This document shows positions 27,901-39,676 of a stretch of DNA of 64,000 nt, in pieces. Positions within the stretch are counted from its first letter, which is position 1. Each line of letters starts with the position of its first letter. The translations under genes were made by a program, and so were the position numbers. The notes under the pieces were generated by a model. It saw only the letters and a list, made by a program, of their open reading frames with translations, made no database searches and had not been told where the DNA came from. This DNA is from Phoronis australis (taxonomy: Eukaryota; Animalia; Phoronida): the NCBI GenBank assembly GCA_002633005.1, contig NMRA01000152.1, forward strand, positions 560,492 to 624,491, written 5' to 3'.

Positions 27901-30900
27901 CATTTTATTAAAATAATATTGGATAAGTAAGTCAGCAAATTAACAGAACCTGCAATATTAAATGGTTTGATAAGGGATTTTGTCCACAAATCTTTGCTAT
28001 GTGCAACTAAACAGGTTTCTTAGGATGATTGATCTCGACCTTAAGCATCCATGATTAATGGCATTTCCAATTCACTAACAGGACTCGTGTCTTTTACGAA
28101 GGCTTACCCCATATGACTCCAGAAGACAATATAATTATAACTTCAATCAAGATCTTATGAGAATCAAATAATTGTTTTAAGTCTCTTGGCTGGTTTTGCC
28201 ATAAGGCCTGCCTTGGTTCAATGATTAATGTCCATAAACATCAACACAAAATACTCACAAAATCAAACTTAACAATAGATTTCAAATTCAGCTCGAGGAC
28301 AGTGGGCTCAGGATACCAAAACATCCCAGGAAGTTTGTAAGTGCAGGTGAACAAAAATATTCGCGACTTTATTGAGACATAGCACATTTAATGGTAAGTG
28401 TCAAAATATTCGAAATAATCAAGCTATGATAATGATGAGGCATCACAAAATTGCTAGAATGGATAATTTAAAAAAAATATTTCATTAAACACACAAGTAT
28501 GCATCAGTAATGCACTATCATCCATGCAAAAGTTGATTCCACTTCACCTTTCAACTTGGACCAGTTTATGAAATTCAATCTAAAAAACAACAACCAACAA
28601 CCGCTGACAAAACTTCACAATCGTTAAAGCTTAAATACCTGAAATCTTTCTGGCATATCAGTCATTCGTATCTCCTGATCTAGATCAGTGAACAGGCCTC
28701 GTTCCAATTCACTAGGCTCAAACACCTGTAAGTGATTATGAAATTACACAGGTGCAGATTTGTCAAGGTCAGAAGACCAGTTAAAGAGGCTGCTAATAAC
28801 AAACAGACTGCTTTACGTTCAACGTTAACAAATATGTTCAACACAAAGGAGCATTAAATTGACCTAACAAAATGCCTAAGCCTAAGTACCTCTTGTTTTG
28901 TTAAAGTTCCCGACACAATTAATTTGTAACATATTAGTTATTTCAATCCGACTCATCAAAGACATATGAGGCGATGAAAGAAACTCGTCCTAAAAAATTA
29001 CTTGCTTTAAAGTTGCTACAAGCCACCCTTCGGTCAAAGAGACTAACTTTCAATTTACAGAACTTAAATTGTGTAAATTTTCAAAATTTTTGGGTGGCTG
29101 CAAACAACTGGATAGTATCGAAAACTGGTGAATCTTTTGAACTGAACTTACATGAGGTATTGTTTGGCATGTAATTAACTTGGTCATGTGTTTGGTCAAA
29201 TGTAATTTTCTGTAAAAATTGTAAATATGAACTACTTGTTGAAAGGTGGACCCCTACGATTCATCTATTTGTGTAATTTCTGTCTTTGATAATGTTCTGA
29301 TCCCAAGCATGACTGTGATGTATGTATGTGTAAGTGTATGCGTGTACTACTTTTTGTACAGTCAAATATTCTGTTCAATAAATACATATAAAAAAATTAC
29401 AGCACTTAGCACTCAAGCATGAAGTGACTTCTGGGGTTGGAAAGACCTGTATGATGTGGGCCATGTGAGCCTGCGAGGTACGTCATAGTGCAAAGGTCAC
29501 CTACTTGCAGAGTTTTTTGTTTTCACTTTTTATTTCGCATACATTGTTAAAATAGTATTGTGGTTTAGTTCCTCCCAATATATTAGCAGTTAGGAGGATG
29601 CACATACATCTTTAAAATCTAGGTGCTGCTGACCCAGCTGCGTAGTAATAGTCAGCTCAACACCTGACATCAAACAGGACAAGAACAAGTACAGTAAACA
29701 ATATCCAATCTGGGCACTCTCTTGATTTGGGACTCTAGATTTTTATGACATGGAAACACCTGGTTCTAGAATTTGGGACAAGGGCGATTTTGGCGTTCAC
29801 CACGTTTCTCATGTGTTCTCAATCTACAGAAGGTAATTTGGATGTCTTTCCTGTGATTCTTGAATTTCTGACAGTTAATATTGTCTTAGAATTCGGGACA
29901 AGCTCTGACCAGAAGCGAAATAATTGATTTTTCACTGTCCCAAATTGGAGAATTTTTACCGTATTCATCAATACTGTAGACTCACATCAAAAATGCTTTT
30001 CTTGGCTGCCCTCTTCCTCGCTTTTTTGGTCTTCCTGCTCACAGTCTCTCCCTCTTCGTCCATATCTTCTGTCTCATACTAACACAAACCAACCATTATT
30101 AATCGCAGTCAAACTGACAATGAAGATAATTTTTTTGTCTTAATAATAACAGCAATAATAAATTTATTATAATCACACAAGTACAGAGAAATCAAAGAAA
30201 AACATAAAACACAAGACACAAATAAAAGCACAAGTGTAAGACAATGATACCATAAAAAGTCAGACTTTTTTACATTATGGTCCGTAAAAAATATAAAAGA
30301 CAAAAGATAATCAGCAGTAAATAAATAAATCAGTTACTAAATAGGTAAATATATACGTAAAACATTAAAAATAATAAATAATTAAATAAATATATACTGA
30401 AATAAATAAATAATAAATAAATAAACGAATGTCTTGGTCACTGTCAACTGGCATAACCTGAAAGCCACAACACACTAATATAAAATTGTGAGTTAATCCT
30501 GACATAAAAAATGATAGCAAAAGGAATATAGTATTTGTACAATGCACATAATATGTCCCTGAAGAAAGAGATTTGGCAAGAGGTCTCATGTGCAACAGAG
30601 AGCAATTTTAGGAAGACATGATACTTACATGACTGGCAACACACCATTAAAACGTTGATTAAAACGTCAATTATTGATGGTTTAAACTTTCGACCAACCG
30701 TCATGACAAACACAAACAGTCACTTACAGGTATCCCGCATTTTGAGATTCCTCCACTGAACGACGGGCATCAAATTGGTTCTCAAAATTGGAGACACCTG
30801 TAAATTGCATATCAAATGCCAGCCTACCTCATCCTCAGCCTCTTCTTCATCTTCTTCATACTCGTCGCCGTACTGCTCAAACTCGTCAAAGTCAAAATCG

Positions 30901-33900
30901 ACACCGAATATATCTTGAGCCTCTTGAAGAGCTCTGGAAGTGAGAAATTGAAACGGAGCAGTCACAAAGACTTTTGGCACACTTTCTAAAAACTATTTAA
31001 ACTGAGATTACAGTTTACGGCCATGTACGAGGCACCCAAACATTTACGCATACAATCGGGTACACAAACCTGCACTTTTGAGTGTATAGTACAAAAACAC
31101 GAGCGAACAGCTAAAATTTTCAAGTTTACAAACCTACGGATTTGAGGATTTAGATCACTTTTTAATTTGTTTGTGCGTTTGAAAAATTATTGTTGTAAAA
31201 TGATAGGTTGGTAAACTCAAAAATTTTTAACTGTCTGCTCGTATTCTAGGACTAAACACTCGCAAGTGCGAGTTTGTGCACTCGCATAACTGATTGTGCA
31301 TGCCAATGTTAGGGTGCATTGATGTAGTAGTATATTGACTTGAGTCATGCCAAAACATTGAACAAAGAATTCTCAAATTATTATCAGACTTTTATGCTGA
31401 GCACATTGTAAATGACCCATCCATCTGTCCATGGTACACATTGTAAATGACCCATCCATCTGTCCATGGTACACATTGTACTTGACCCATCCAACTGAAG
31501 ACACGTCCATCCATCTGTCCATGGTACACATTGTACATGACCCATCCAACTGATGACAAGTCCATCCATCTGTCCATAGTACACATTGCACATGACCCAT
31601 ACAACTGACGACAAGTCCATCCATGAGACCATGGTACACATTGTACATGACCCATCCAACGGATGACACGTTCATCCATCTGTCCATGGTACACATTGTA
31701 CATGGCCCATCCAACTGATGACACGTCCATCCATGCATCTTTCCATGGTACACATTGTAAATGACCCATCCAACTGACGACAAGTCCACCCATCTGTCCA
31801 TGGTACACATTGTACATGGCCCATCCAACTGATGGACAAGTCCATCCATCTGTCCATGGTACTGACTGAATTAAGCAAGGATAACCTGTCCAATAGCTAA
31901 TTCACGAGTAACGACTCTCCACTGCACTTGTCGGAGATATCGACATACAGCAATGTGCAGAGGTGTATACACACATGCCCCACATCCATCAATAAAAAGA
32001 ATGACTGCAAAATCCACTGTCGTCATAGTTGCAAACGATATATTCATACAAATCTCTACATGGCAATTAAACTATTCACTAAAACATTACTCAAAAACTC
32101 AGTGAACTTTACTAATATGCTACATCAATCCACACAGACCAGCACCTTAATTGCCAGAAGCACTTACTGGTCATGATGTATGATATGCTTTTTCTTCTTC
32201 TTGGCCTGACTTATGGGTTGACCGTCTTCATCCACGATGAAATCGTCAACATCTAAATAGCCAAGAGGAGATAAATCAATACACAAAGACGAGCTAAAGA
32301 TAAAACCATTACCAGATACAGATATAAGTGCGCAAGAAATTGTGAAAAGGGAAAGTATAATGGAATGGTTCACTAAAACTTGGTACGTGCATTGGCCATT
32401 ATCTGCTTCCAGAACTGTCATGAGCATTGGATCCCACAATAAGCACTTCACAGCATAAGCAGTGGTGAAGACTGACTGAAATCTTCTGCATTGGACAAAC
32501 TACAAGAAAACAAAGGTGATCATTTCAATGTGTCAATAAAACAACATGAACAATGGTTAGAATCATCTACCTGACTCCTCTTCCTCATCAAGATTTCCGA
32601 ACTCGTTCTCGTCCTTCTGTGGAGGGGGCGCTTCTTTCGGTGAACCTGGTTCTTCGTCGTCATCCTCAAACAGCTCGTTAGCTATTACGTCGCGGTCGTC
32701 GGGTTTCTCAGCCACTTCCTCTTTGTCACTTTCTTCATCATCTGACATCATCCGGATACGCTTTCTCTGTAAGGCACGTGATATCATTCAAAGCTGGCAC
32801 ATGAGTCGACAAACGAGCAAATGGAAAAAAACAAGAGCAAAGTGAGGTTTTTGAACATCGTCAATTGTCATTATACAACAATGCTTTGATGATTACAATC
32901 TGCTGTTGTATTGATGTGTTGTAAGTCAATGTCACTTTTCTCTTATTGTTGTAAAAATGATAACAGTTGAATATTCCTATTTATTATTGTGTGTTCATTG
33001 ACTAAAGCCCAGATATAATGCTAACTGCGGTTTCCGCGCTGAATTTTACAGAATTATTATATTCGTGTATGTCTTAATAAATTGGTAACTGTTAAAAAAA
33101 ATGATTACACAGTAATTGTATAGATGTCTTGAATAATTATTAGCCAAAAATTAGTATTTATACACCTCACAACATCCAAGTCTCAATTATAAGATTTTGG
33201 GCTTCCACACCAGATGCACTGCCAAAAGGTTAAGGCATATGATAAATGCAACCGAAGTTTCAGTACAAAATTAACAGAACAATACAAACCGCAGGTGTAT
33301 TGGCTATGGTCCTTTGCACCATAAGGCAGATATGAATTAATTACACACCAAAGTATACGCATTTAAACACAATTATAAACCTATTTCTTAGTCACTGGTA
33401 AGAGTAAGCCCAGAATTTGAGTTGAAATGGAATTTCTCACCTTCTTCTTGATCTTAATTCCCAGATTTTCCTGAATGAGATCGTAATCATCATCGGACAG
33501 TTGATCATCATAGTCCGACAGCTTGCGTTTCCCTTCTTCATCATCACTCTCCCCCGTGCCTGTCCCCCCTTCTTCCTCTTCTTCTTCCTCTACTTCATCA
33601 TTGATAAGGTCCTTGAGATCTTCTGAAAAGAAATCCCACGGATGCTGTATTTCAACAATCCATTATCAAGTCACTGTTTTGGTACAGCTATGTGCTATCA
33701 TAAAAGAGACTAAAACTAAAATTGGTTTTTAAAGGTTTAATTTTTAAGGCATAGGTTTGTGCAAGAGAGTGACATGGTGTTTGCATGGCTCAATGTTATT
33801 ACAGAAAATAAAAGTGACTGATAAGATTAAAAAAACGAAAGAGATTAATTTACTTTAACGTTACAGATGTCTATGATCGTTAAGTCTGAAAACTCTGATT

Positions 33901-34158
33901 TTCATCAACTTATGTCCCAGACTGACACTCCAAGGTAGATTTATAATTATGGTAAATTCCTGGTAAAACGTTTTAACTGAAGGAATTTCAGTTTCTCTTT
34001 GCATTAAACATCAATGTATGTTTAAGCAAAGTTCAATACTGACCTCCGTCATCATCTTCTTCATCTTCCTCTTCATCATCACTGATGACGGCCTTCTTCT
34101 TTCCCACTTCTAATTCCTCTTCAGACTCCTCAGCCTCGCTCTCAAGAAAGTCCGACAT
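3902..34158 (-). CDS. SUPT6H: Transcription elongation factor / histone chaperone SPT6, 36 coding exons, about 1726 aa
   Basis: Starts [16 protein letters not shown] and ends [19 protein letters not shown]. Contains hallmark segments [83 protein letters not shown] and the tandem SH2 [11 protein letters not shown]. Exons (all GT..AG, phases consistent): 34044-34158, 33441-33622, 32571-32766, 32168-32252, 30828-30933, 29986-30078, 28639-28725, 27094-27195, 26581-26682, 25402-25491, 24939-25078, 24265-24497, 23628-23757, 22214-22364, 21696-21791, 21142-21243, 20766-20942, 20383-20480, 19754-19871, 19096-19308, 17860-17997, 17153-17320, 16086-16213 (these three duplicated at 15705-15842, 14967-15134, 13901-14028), 12826-13033, 12268-12415, 11450-11598, 10807-10947, 10412-10518, 9546-9634, 8678-8793, 8280-8402, 7390-7547, 6637-6827, 5650-5918, 4940-5181, 3902-4091. 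Sum 5181 nt using one copy of exons 21-23. Confidence 0.98.
4398..4497 (-). mobile_element. tRNA-derived SINE head (degenerate)
   Basis: Minus strand reads gtggcctaatgg (A-box-like) ... ggttcaattccc (B-box-like), followed by cccttgagtcaag, which resembles a SINE body motif. Confidence 0.55.
4772..4922. mobile_element. MITE (~150 bp) in the last SPT6 intron
   Basis: Imperfect ~40-bp TIRs: aaaactggcgtgcgttcagtagacgctaggacctagctaaaa versus the reverse complement aaaactgcctcccgttcagtaacgctggacctcactaaaa. Confidence 0.7.
9825..10010 (-). mobile_element. tRNA-derived SINE, copy 1 (intron 28)
   Basis: Reverse complement aligns with 11884-12058, including the leader atttctgtgtttgaccagtgg, the A/B boxes and the tail gacttatgttcattaggtcacatgatgtggcc. 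Confidence 0.85.
11655..11780 (-). mobile_element. tRNA-derived SINE, copy 2 (5'-truncated, intron 25)
   Basis: Reverse complement ttagcagaaggtcccgaatttgaatcttggctcgggg..gacttatgttcgttaggtcacatgatgtggcc..gacttaaaatgtttgtga matches the other copies. Confidence 0.85.
11884..12058 (+). mobile_element. tRNA-derived SINE, copy 3 (intron 25)
   Basis: A-box tcgctcagtgg at 11911-11921, B-box ggttcgagttcc at 11955-11966, tctgc/gcaga anticodon-like stem, then a non-tRNA tail shared with copies 1 and 2. Confidence 0.85.
14087..14220. repeat. Minisatellite, 5 x 27 bp, each unit internally palindromic (second copy at 16272-16405)
   Basis: Unit aa-gtcattgctt-ggcct-aagcaatgac. Confidence 0.95.
15396..15476. 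repeat. 81-nt near-perfect palindrome made of two SINE tails
   Basis: 40-bp arms with 3 mismatches around t15436. The arm sequence gatgtggccaacagatggcgtg..gacttaaaatg is the tail of the SINE family above. Confidence 0.9.
26084..26230. repeat. 68-bp inverted repeat (Penelope-type terminal fragment) with 11-nt spacer
   Basis: 26084-26151 is the reverse complement of 26163-26230, with one mismatch. Confidence 0.95.
26112..26159 (-). ncRNA. Minimal type I hammerhead ribozyme motif (Penelope-associated type)
   Basis: Minus strand: GACUU-CUGAGGA-U-GGUGU-(UUAAUAAAUG)-ACACC-GAAA-CAUG-UC^AAGUU. Intact core, 5-bp helix II, palindromic ACAUGU helix III, 5-bp helix I. Confidence 0.8.
29060..29397 (+). 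mobile_element. 3' end relic of a LINE (L1/Tx1-like)
   Basis: [25 protein letters not shown]. The better-preserved homologue at 59650-59995 continues INLIICLVKYRIY, typical of L1/Tx1 ORF2 C-termini. Ends in aataaa..aaaaaa. Confidence 0.55.
29692..29961. mobile_element. MITE with TA flanks (Tc1/mariner-like)
   Basis: ta|cagtaaacaatatccaatctgggcac versus the reverse complement ta|cggtaaaaattctccaatttgggacag. Confidence 0.65.
31040..31320. mobile_element. Degenerate long-TIR MITE / foldback
   Basis: Left arm gcacccaaacat..acacaaacctgcactt..gagtgtatagt..acgagcgaacagctaaaatttt is roughly the reverse complement of aaaatttttaactgtctgctcgt..actaaacactcgcaagtgcgagtttgtg..atgttagggtgc. Confidence 0.6.
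31402..31862. repeat. Minisatellite, ~7 x 55 bp plus two 35-bp units
   Basis: Unit acacattgtacatgacccatccaactgatgacaagtccatccatctgtccatggt. It explains the stacked spurious ORFs at 31373-31893. Confidence 0.95.
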
Positions 34159-34699
34159 TGTGACCAAAGAAAGTCTGAAATTGACAAGTCTCCATATAGT
34201 TAACTCAAATGAAATTCATGAATTGTATACATTGCCACAAAGTTTCTCATTGGTACCAGTTTGTAATTAAAACAGTGGGTATTATGTTACAAGTATGGGT
34301 CTCCAATAAATGACAGGTTTCCAAATGTGCGAGTAAATATATAAAGGCCTCTTTTTATCAAGCAACCACAGGCATGGCTCGCTGGCCTGGTGAGTGCAGC
34401 AGACTGTCGCAGACGAGGCAGGTGTTCGATTGCTAGCTGGATAAAAAACTGTAACTAAAGTTCACCACAAATTCTCTTGGCGTCTTGCCCAATGCAGCGT
34501 AGTTTTGAACTGACAACTAGTAAACGGCAATTTCCCCCGTGTAGCTGGGGCCAAGGAACTATTGAACACTTTCAGGGAAATATTCTGTTACTTTATTTTT
34601 AACAGATTTTTACAGAGAATTTAATTCCCAACATCCGCAACATGATACAGTCTATATGCAGAATATTGGTAAATTGGCAACAGTTGACAACCATGCCCA

Positions 34700-35362
34700 T
34701 GATAGCGAGGACAGCATTCTTCAGCGAATCGCTTCGCGTATCTGTCACCGTGTTAAATTCGCTCACTACAATCGGCAAAAAATAACTCAAAAATGTAATA
34801 AATGTGAATAAAAATTATTGCAAACTATGAAAAAATATATTGTTTTACTTATCTGATAATCTTTTTTGTCGCAAAATTCGTTTAATAATACTTTGCACGA
34901 GTTTTTTGCAGGGACGTGACCGATTTTTCAGACCAAAATGGATGCCGGTAAAAATGAGTGCTATTTGGTTTTCAACCCAGGAGAAGACTAAACTCGCGAA
35001 TTTTTACGTGAAACTTCGTGAAAGAACAAAAGGGAGCCTTGCGAACACGATTATGTAAGTAGTTTTCACTTTCCTGCACTTAAAAGTTGAAAAAGTCGCC
35101 TGTTCCCGCGACCTTCAACTTCGAGCTGAATTTATTGGTATATAGAATAATTTGCGAATGTAATGAACTGTATTCCGCACTAAAGGGTTCATTAATGAAC
35201 TATTTCAAACACTTGTTCTAAACGAACATTTCGTCAATTTCTGACAATCGGGCGAATTTCTGACTCACTTCGTAGTTCCGGGTACTGCCGCTAGGGGTGG
35301 TCCTGTGAATCGCGTTGAATGTTTGGTTTACAATACTGAAGCACTTCAACTTTTGCTGATGA
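34700..35362. promoter_or_regulatory. Putative SPT6 promoter / 5'UTR-exon region, possibly bidirectional
   Basis: CpG-enriched region upstream of the ATG exon, whose acceptor at 34175-34176 implies a further upstream non-coding exon. Minus-strand donor AA|GTGAGT at 35268, plus-strand donor AT|GTAAGT at 35055, YY1-like caaaatggatgcc near 34935. Confidence 0.45.
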
Positions 35363-35446
35363 NNNNNNNNNNNNNNNNNNNNNNNNNNNNNNNNNNNNNN
35401 NNNNNNNNNNNNNNNNNNNNNNNNNNNNNNNNNNNNNNNNNNNNNN

Positions 35447-36285
35447 CAGATGTCTATGATCGTTAAGTCTGATAACTCTGATTTTCATCAACTTATGTCC
35501 CAGGCTGACACTCCAAGGTAGATTTATAATTATGGTAAATTCCTGGTAAAACGTTTTAACTGAAGGAATTTCAGTTAGTCTCTTTGCATTAAACATCAAT
35601 GTATGTTTAAGCAAGGTTCAATACTGACCTCCGTCATCATCTTCTTCATCTTCCTCTTCATCATCACTGATGACGGCCTTCTTCTTTCCCACTTCTAATT
35701 CCTCTTCAGACTCCTCAGCCTCGCTCTCAAGAAAGTCCGACATTGTGACCAAAGAAAGTCTGAAATTGACAAGTCTCCATATAGTTAACTCAAATGAAAT
35801 ATATGAATTGTATACATTGCCACAAAGTTTCTCATTGGTACCAGTTTGTAATTAAAACAGTGGGTATTATGTTACAAGTATGGGTCTCCAATAAATGACA
35901 GGTTTCCAAATGTGCGAGTAAATATATAAAGGCCTCTTTTTATCAAGCAACCACAGGCATGGCTCGCTGGCCTGGTGGTGCAGCAGACTGCCGCAGACGG
36001 GGCAGGTGTTCGATTGCTAGCTGGATAAAAAACTGTAACTAAAGTTCCCCACAAATTCTCTTGGCGTCTTGCCCAATGCAGCGTAGTTTTGAACTGACAA
36101 CTAGTAAACGGCAATTTCCCCGTGTAGCTGGGGCCAAGGAACTATTGAACACTTTCAGGGAAATATTCTGTTACTTTATTCTTAACAGATTTTTAAAGAG
36201 AATTTCTTTCCCAACATCCGCAACATGATACAGTCTATATGCAGAATATTGGTAAATTGGCAACAGTTGACAACCATGCCCATGA
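35447..36285 (-). repeat. Second copy of the SPT6 start exon (35629-35743) and flanks, after an 84-N gap
   Basis: Nearly identical to 33864-34702. Confidence 0.92.
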
Positions 36286-38318
36286 ATAATAAAATTTTTG
36301 AAACTTAAAACTGAAGGTGTAGTGTGATGTCGTATATCTGATGCTGGGCGGATACGTTTTTGTATTCTGCATTTAAAGTGTGGTTAATCTGCAGTAAGTG
36401 TAGTATTATAAAGGCCTCTCTTAATCACTCGCTTACGTGCAATTGCTGAGAATTGCTCTCGACTGGTTAGGACGCCTGGCAATGAACTTATAAAAGAAGG
36501 TTCGTAACTTGGACTAGGTGATTTTTCACTACCAAACTGATAAGAAGATGAGGTGTAAAATACTAACATTATGTGGGTACGATTTTGGAGTCGTGTAAAC
36601 AATCACCCTTCTAAATAGATTTACCCTCCAGAATCGACACTCGTCAGTGATCCGAAGAATTGGCGAAATGGACGAGACGACAACAACGAGCGAGGATGAG
36701 TTGACTGCATGTGAAGGTCATAATAACAAGCACCAACGAAATAAAAACCTGGAAAGTTCACACATAGTAATACAATTAAACCCAAGGCATCAGCTAGCTG
36801 ACATAAAACGCACAACAAGCGTGCAAGAAGCGTTAAAACGTAACTCACCTTCGATTAAAAATGTCGAACAAGTGCGAGCGGAAGTGCTTTGAATGACGAT
36901 CCAACTTTGTTTTTATTATAAAAACAACTGAACGACTTTCTCTGAATATTTATATCAAATTTAATCGAAATTATAAGTAGACATAACTCATTGCGAATTT
37001 TAAGTGACTTAAAAAGGATTGCGTGACATATTTGTTGCAATTTATTCTTAACAAAAGGTAGCGCTAAATACTTTAGCCGATGTTCCTTTGTTGACAATGT
37101 GAAGTGACAAGTCACTGTGTGAGCCAAGATCACCATTGCCAACTAATGCCAAATTGTTTTCGTCCTTATTAAAGTGGCATGCAACAAATGCCATTCTACC
37201 TAATTAATGCTAAATTGCTTTACACCCATAGACACACAATCTTCAGTGCCAATGCTATAACCTGTGTAATGATTTAAGCCCCCTTCTGGCCACCGTTTGT
37301 CAGGGTAGGTTACTAAGTTGACTTGACACTAAAAAGTTACCAGTGAACCCTACTGTATAGCACTGCATATCGCAACCGTTAATTCAGTATCCAAGAAACG
37401 AAAAAAAAAAACATGGGCGGCGCACCATACTGAGGAGGCTACTGAGGGTTCATGTTTATTCGGGCTGGTTCCCCTGGTGTCTATGACGGTGTTCATAATC
37501 CGTAGAACGATAATAGAAAGTGACGAAAATGGCCCATCAACAGACATCCAGGTTATGGTTCTACTTCTACTCTTGAGGAAACACGAATGACTGACGTAGA
37601 ATGTCTTCAACTGACGGTAGGACATTGTGTTAGCTCAATAGAAATGAATACAAGCTGGATGCAGGACTTTAGCTGGGCAGTCCACGTCACATTAAACACC
37701 GGCAAAATATTCGTTTTTTTAGAAGACCTGATTTATTCGCTGCGACATCAAGCTATATTCAAAATCCCGGCATTTCTTTGTCAAACAAAGTTCGGCATTT
37801 GAATGGGTCGTACATCTTTGCAAGAGAAATATACAAAGCGAGAGAAAGTAACTGTGTTCGAGAGTGGCAAAACTAACGCCAAACGGTGTTCTAGAAAGGC
37901 CATTCTAAACATAGCACTCGAATGAATTGAGACTTTAGAGCCCTTGACGTGCAACAGAATCCAAATTCTACGTAACCCGTAACTTCATTCAATGCCTAAA
38001 AAGCAAGATACGCACGCTTTAAACCACAAAGACCGCGAAAATTGGCTACGAGCATTACATTTTGGACAATGTTGCAGTTGGAATTTCTGTAACGCCGCAT
38101 CAGAATGTCTCAATACCATTTTCGAACACGTTGTAACTTCGCTTGAATAGCTGACTACCGAAGCAATATTTAGCTTTGAAACTACAAAAACTAAAAATAT
38201 TGTATTAACTGAAACGAAAAGAACGACTGACATTGAAACTTTTAAATATGTATTGAAAATGCATGCTGTGAATTTAACATAAACCATTGTATGCAAGAAG
38301 AATATTGCACTATTAATT

Positions 38319-39676
38319 TTAGCTGCACTCATTGCGGTCATACAATTGAATTTCAACCTTTCCTTTCATTCTTCGCACACAGTTGACGACCTCTAACCGA
38401 CATATGTTGGCTGCAGAAACAAAAGAAAGCATTTTTACAAATGCCTTGGGACTGTATACAGCGGTGTGTTAGAATGTAAGATAAGCTGCCAGGTTCTTCA
38501 TTTCTATGAATCCGCTTGAAAATGACTTTTAGTTTAGATCACTAGTTACTGGTATCATGTTGTTATTTACTTAGATCAGAAGAGCTACTTCGCTCAAGGA
38601 CACGGCGTGCTGTTTTATGCGTCGAGCGATCTCAGGCGGTAACAAAACGTTTTCCAAGCTCACAAATAACTAATAATCTAAGTAATAAACAAGTTGAGAC
38701 CTGTGTATGTACGCAAATAGGTCTAAATGAAAAGAGACGATTTTCGACAAAAGAGACCTTGGGCCTGTTCCAAGAAACTGACTTAAGTTCATTTTTTTAC
38801 TTAAGTTTAAGATTTGTCTTAACTTCCAAACTTTGAAATTTCCACATTCGGCAAGGTAGTCACAGTTAAGACAAAACTTGTGTCAAACACTTAAGTAAAA
38901 TTTAAGATCTCTTTCTTCAATTAGTTGTGAGACAAATTTAACATTTAATTTAAAGTTTACCAAAATTTAAGATATAACTTAGCTAAGCCAGTTTTGTTGG
39001 AACGGGCCCCTTTATAACATCTTTTGAATCACGAGTTCAAACGGATATGCGCGTGCTGATTCTCTGTGACTTTTCTCGGCTAGCGTGGAAACGCAAAGCG
39101 TAGAGGGAAGTTGTAACTTTGCTAAGGAACGTTGAACAAAATAGTACGCAAATTCATTTAGTAAATTTGCATACTGAAGCGTTTTTTTTATCTTTATTTA
39201 CGTGTTCTTGTGCGAAGTTCAAAATGGTAAGAATAAGAACCCCGGTAACACTAATTGGGTATACGGGACTGAGTGATATTGTTTAACGCTCGCCTTATGA
39301 TTTTCAAAGTTGAACTCGGAGCTTCAGCACGCACAGCAGGACCCCAGAAAAAAAAAACTTAAATCACGTGCGCTTTGTTCAGTAAACTCACAAACTTTGG
39401 TAGCGTAAAATAATGTGTAACTTTTAAATTTGAGTTATTTCTGATTTTCCTATGCATGCAGTCACTCAGTTGAAAAATTTCGCGCAAAGTAGTTTCGACG
39501 ATTACATTTCACAAAATGAAGGAACCTACTGTATGTTTGACCGTCGTCCCCGCATACAGGGACGTACATGTCTGTACAGGTATCGGGGCAACATTCTCCC
39601 CTGTAATTGATCAGCGCACCTATTCTTTTCTCCGTGTGAGCAAGACACACCTCAACTTTTATTTCACACGCATTCC
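38319..39676 (-). CDS. Alternative 3' exon pair of the Kazal inhibitor gene
   Basis: Exon 39530-39676 (NACEIKVEVCLAHTEKRIGALINYRGECCPDTCTDMYVPVCGDDGQTY) and exon 38319-38410 (NICRLEVVNCVRRMKGKVEIQLYDRNECS*). AG/GT boundaries, phase 1 like the other Kazal exons. Confidence 0.85.
38761..39009. mobile_element. PIF/Harbinger-type MITE
   Basis: TIRs gggcctgttccaagaaactgactta / taagccagttttgttggaacgggccc, with 3-bp TSD CTT on both sides. Confidence 0.75.

Noticed and set aside
31373-31893. Several overlapping Met/Cys/Trp-rich ORFs
   Set aside because: They are translations of a 55-bp minisatellite inside SPT6 intron 4.
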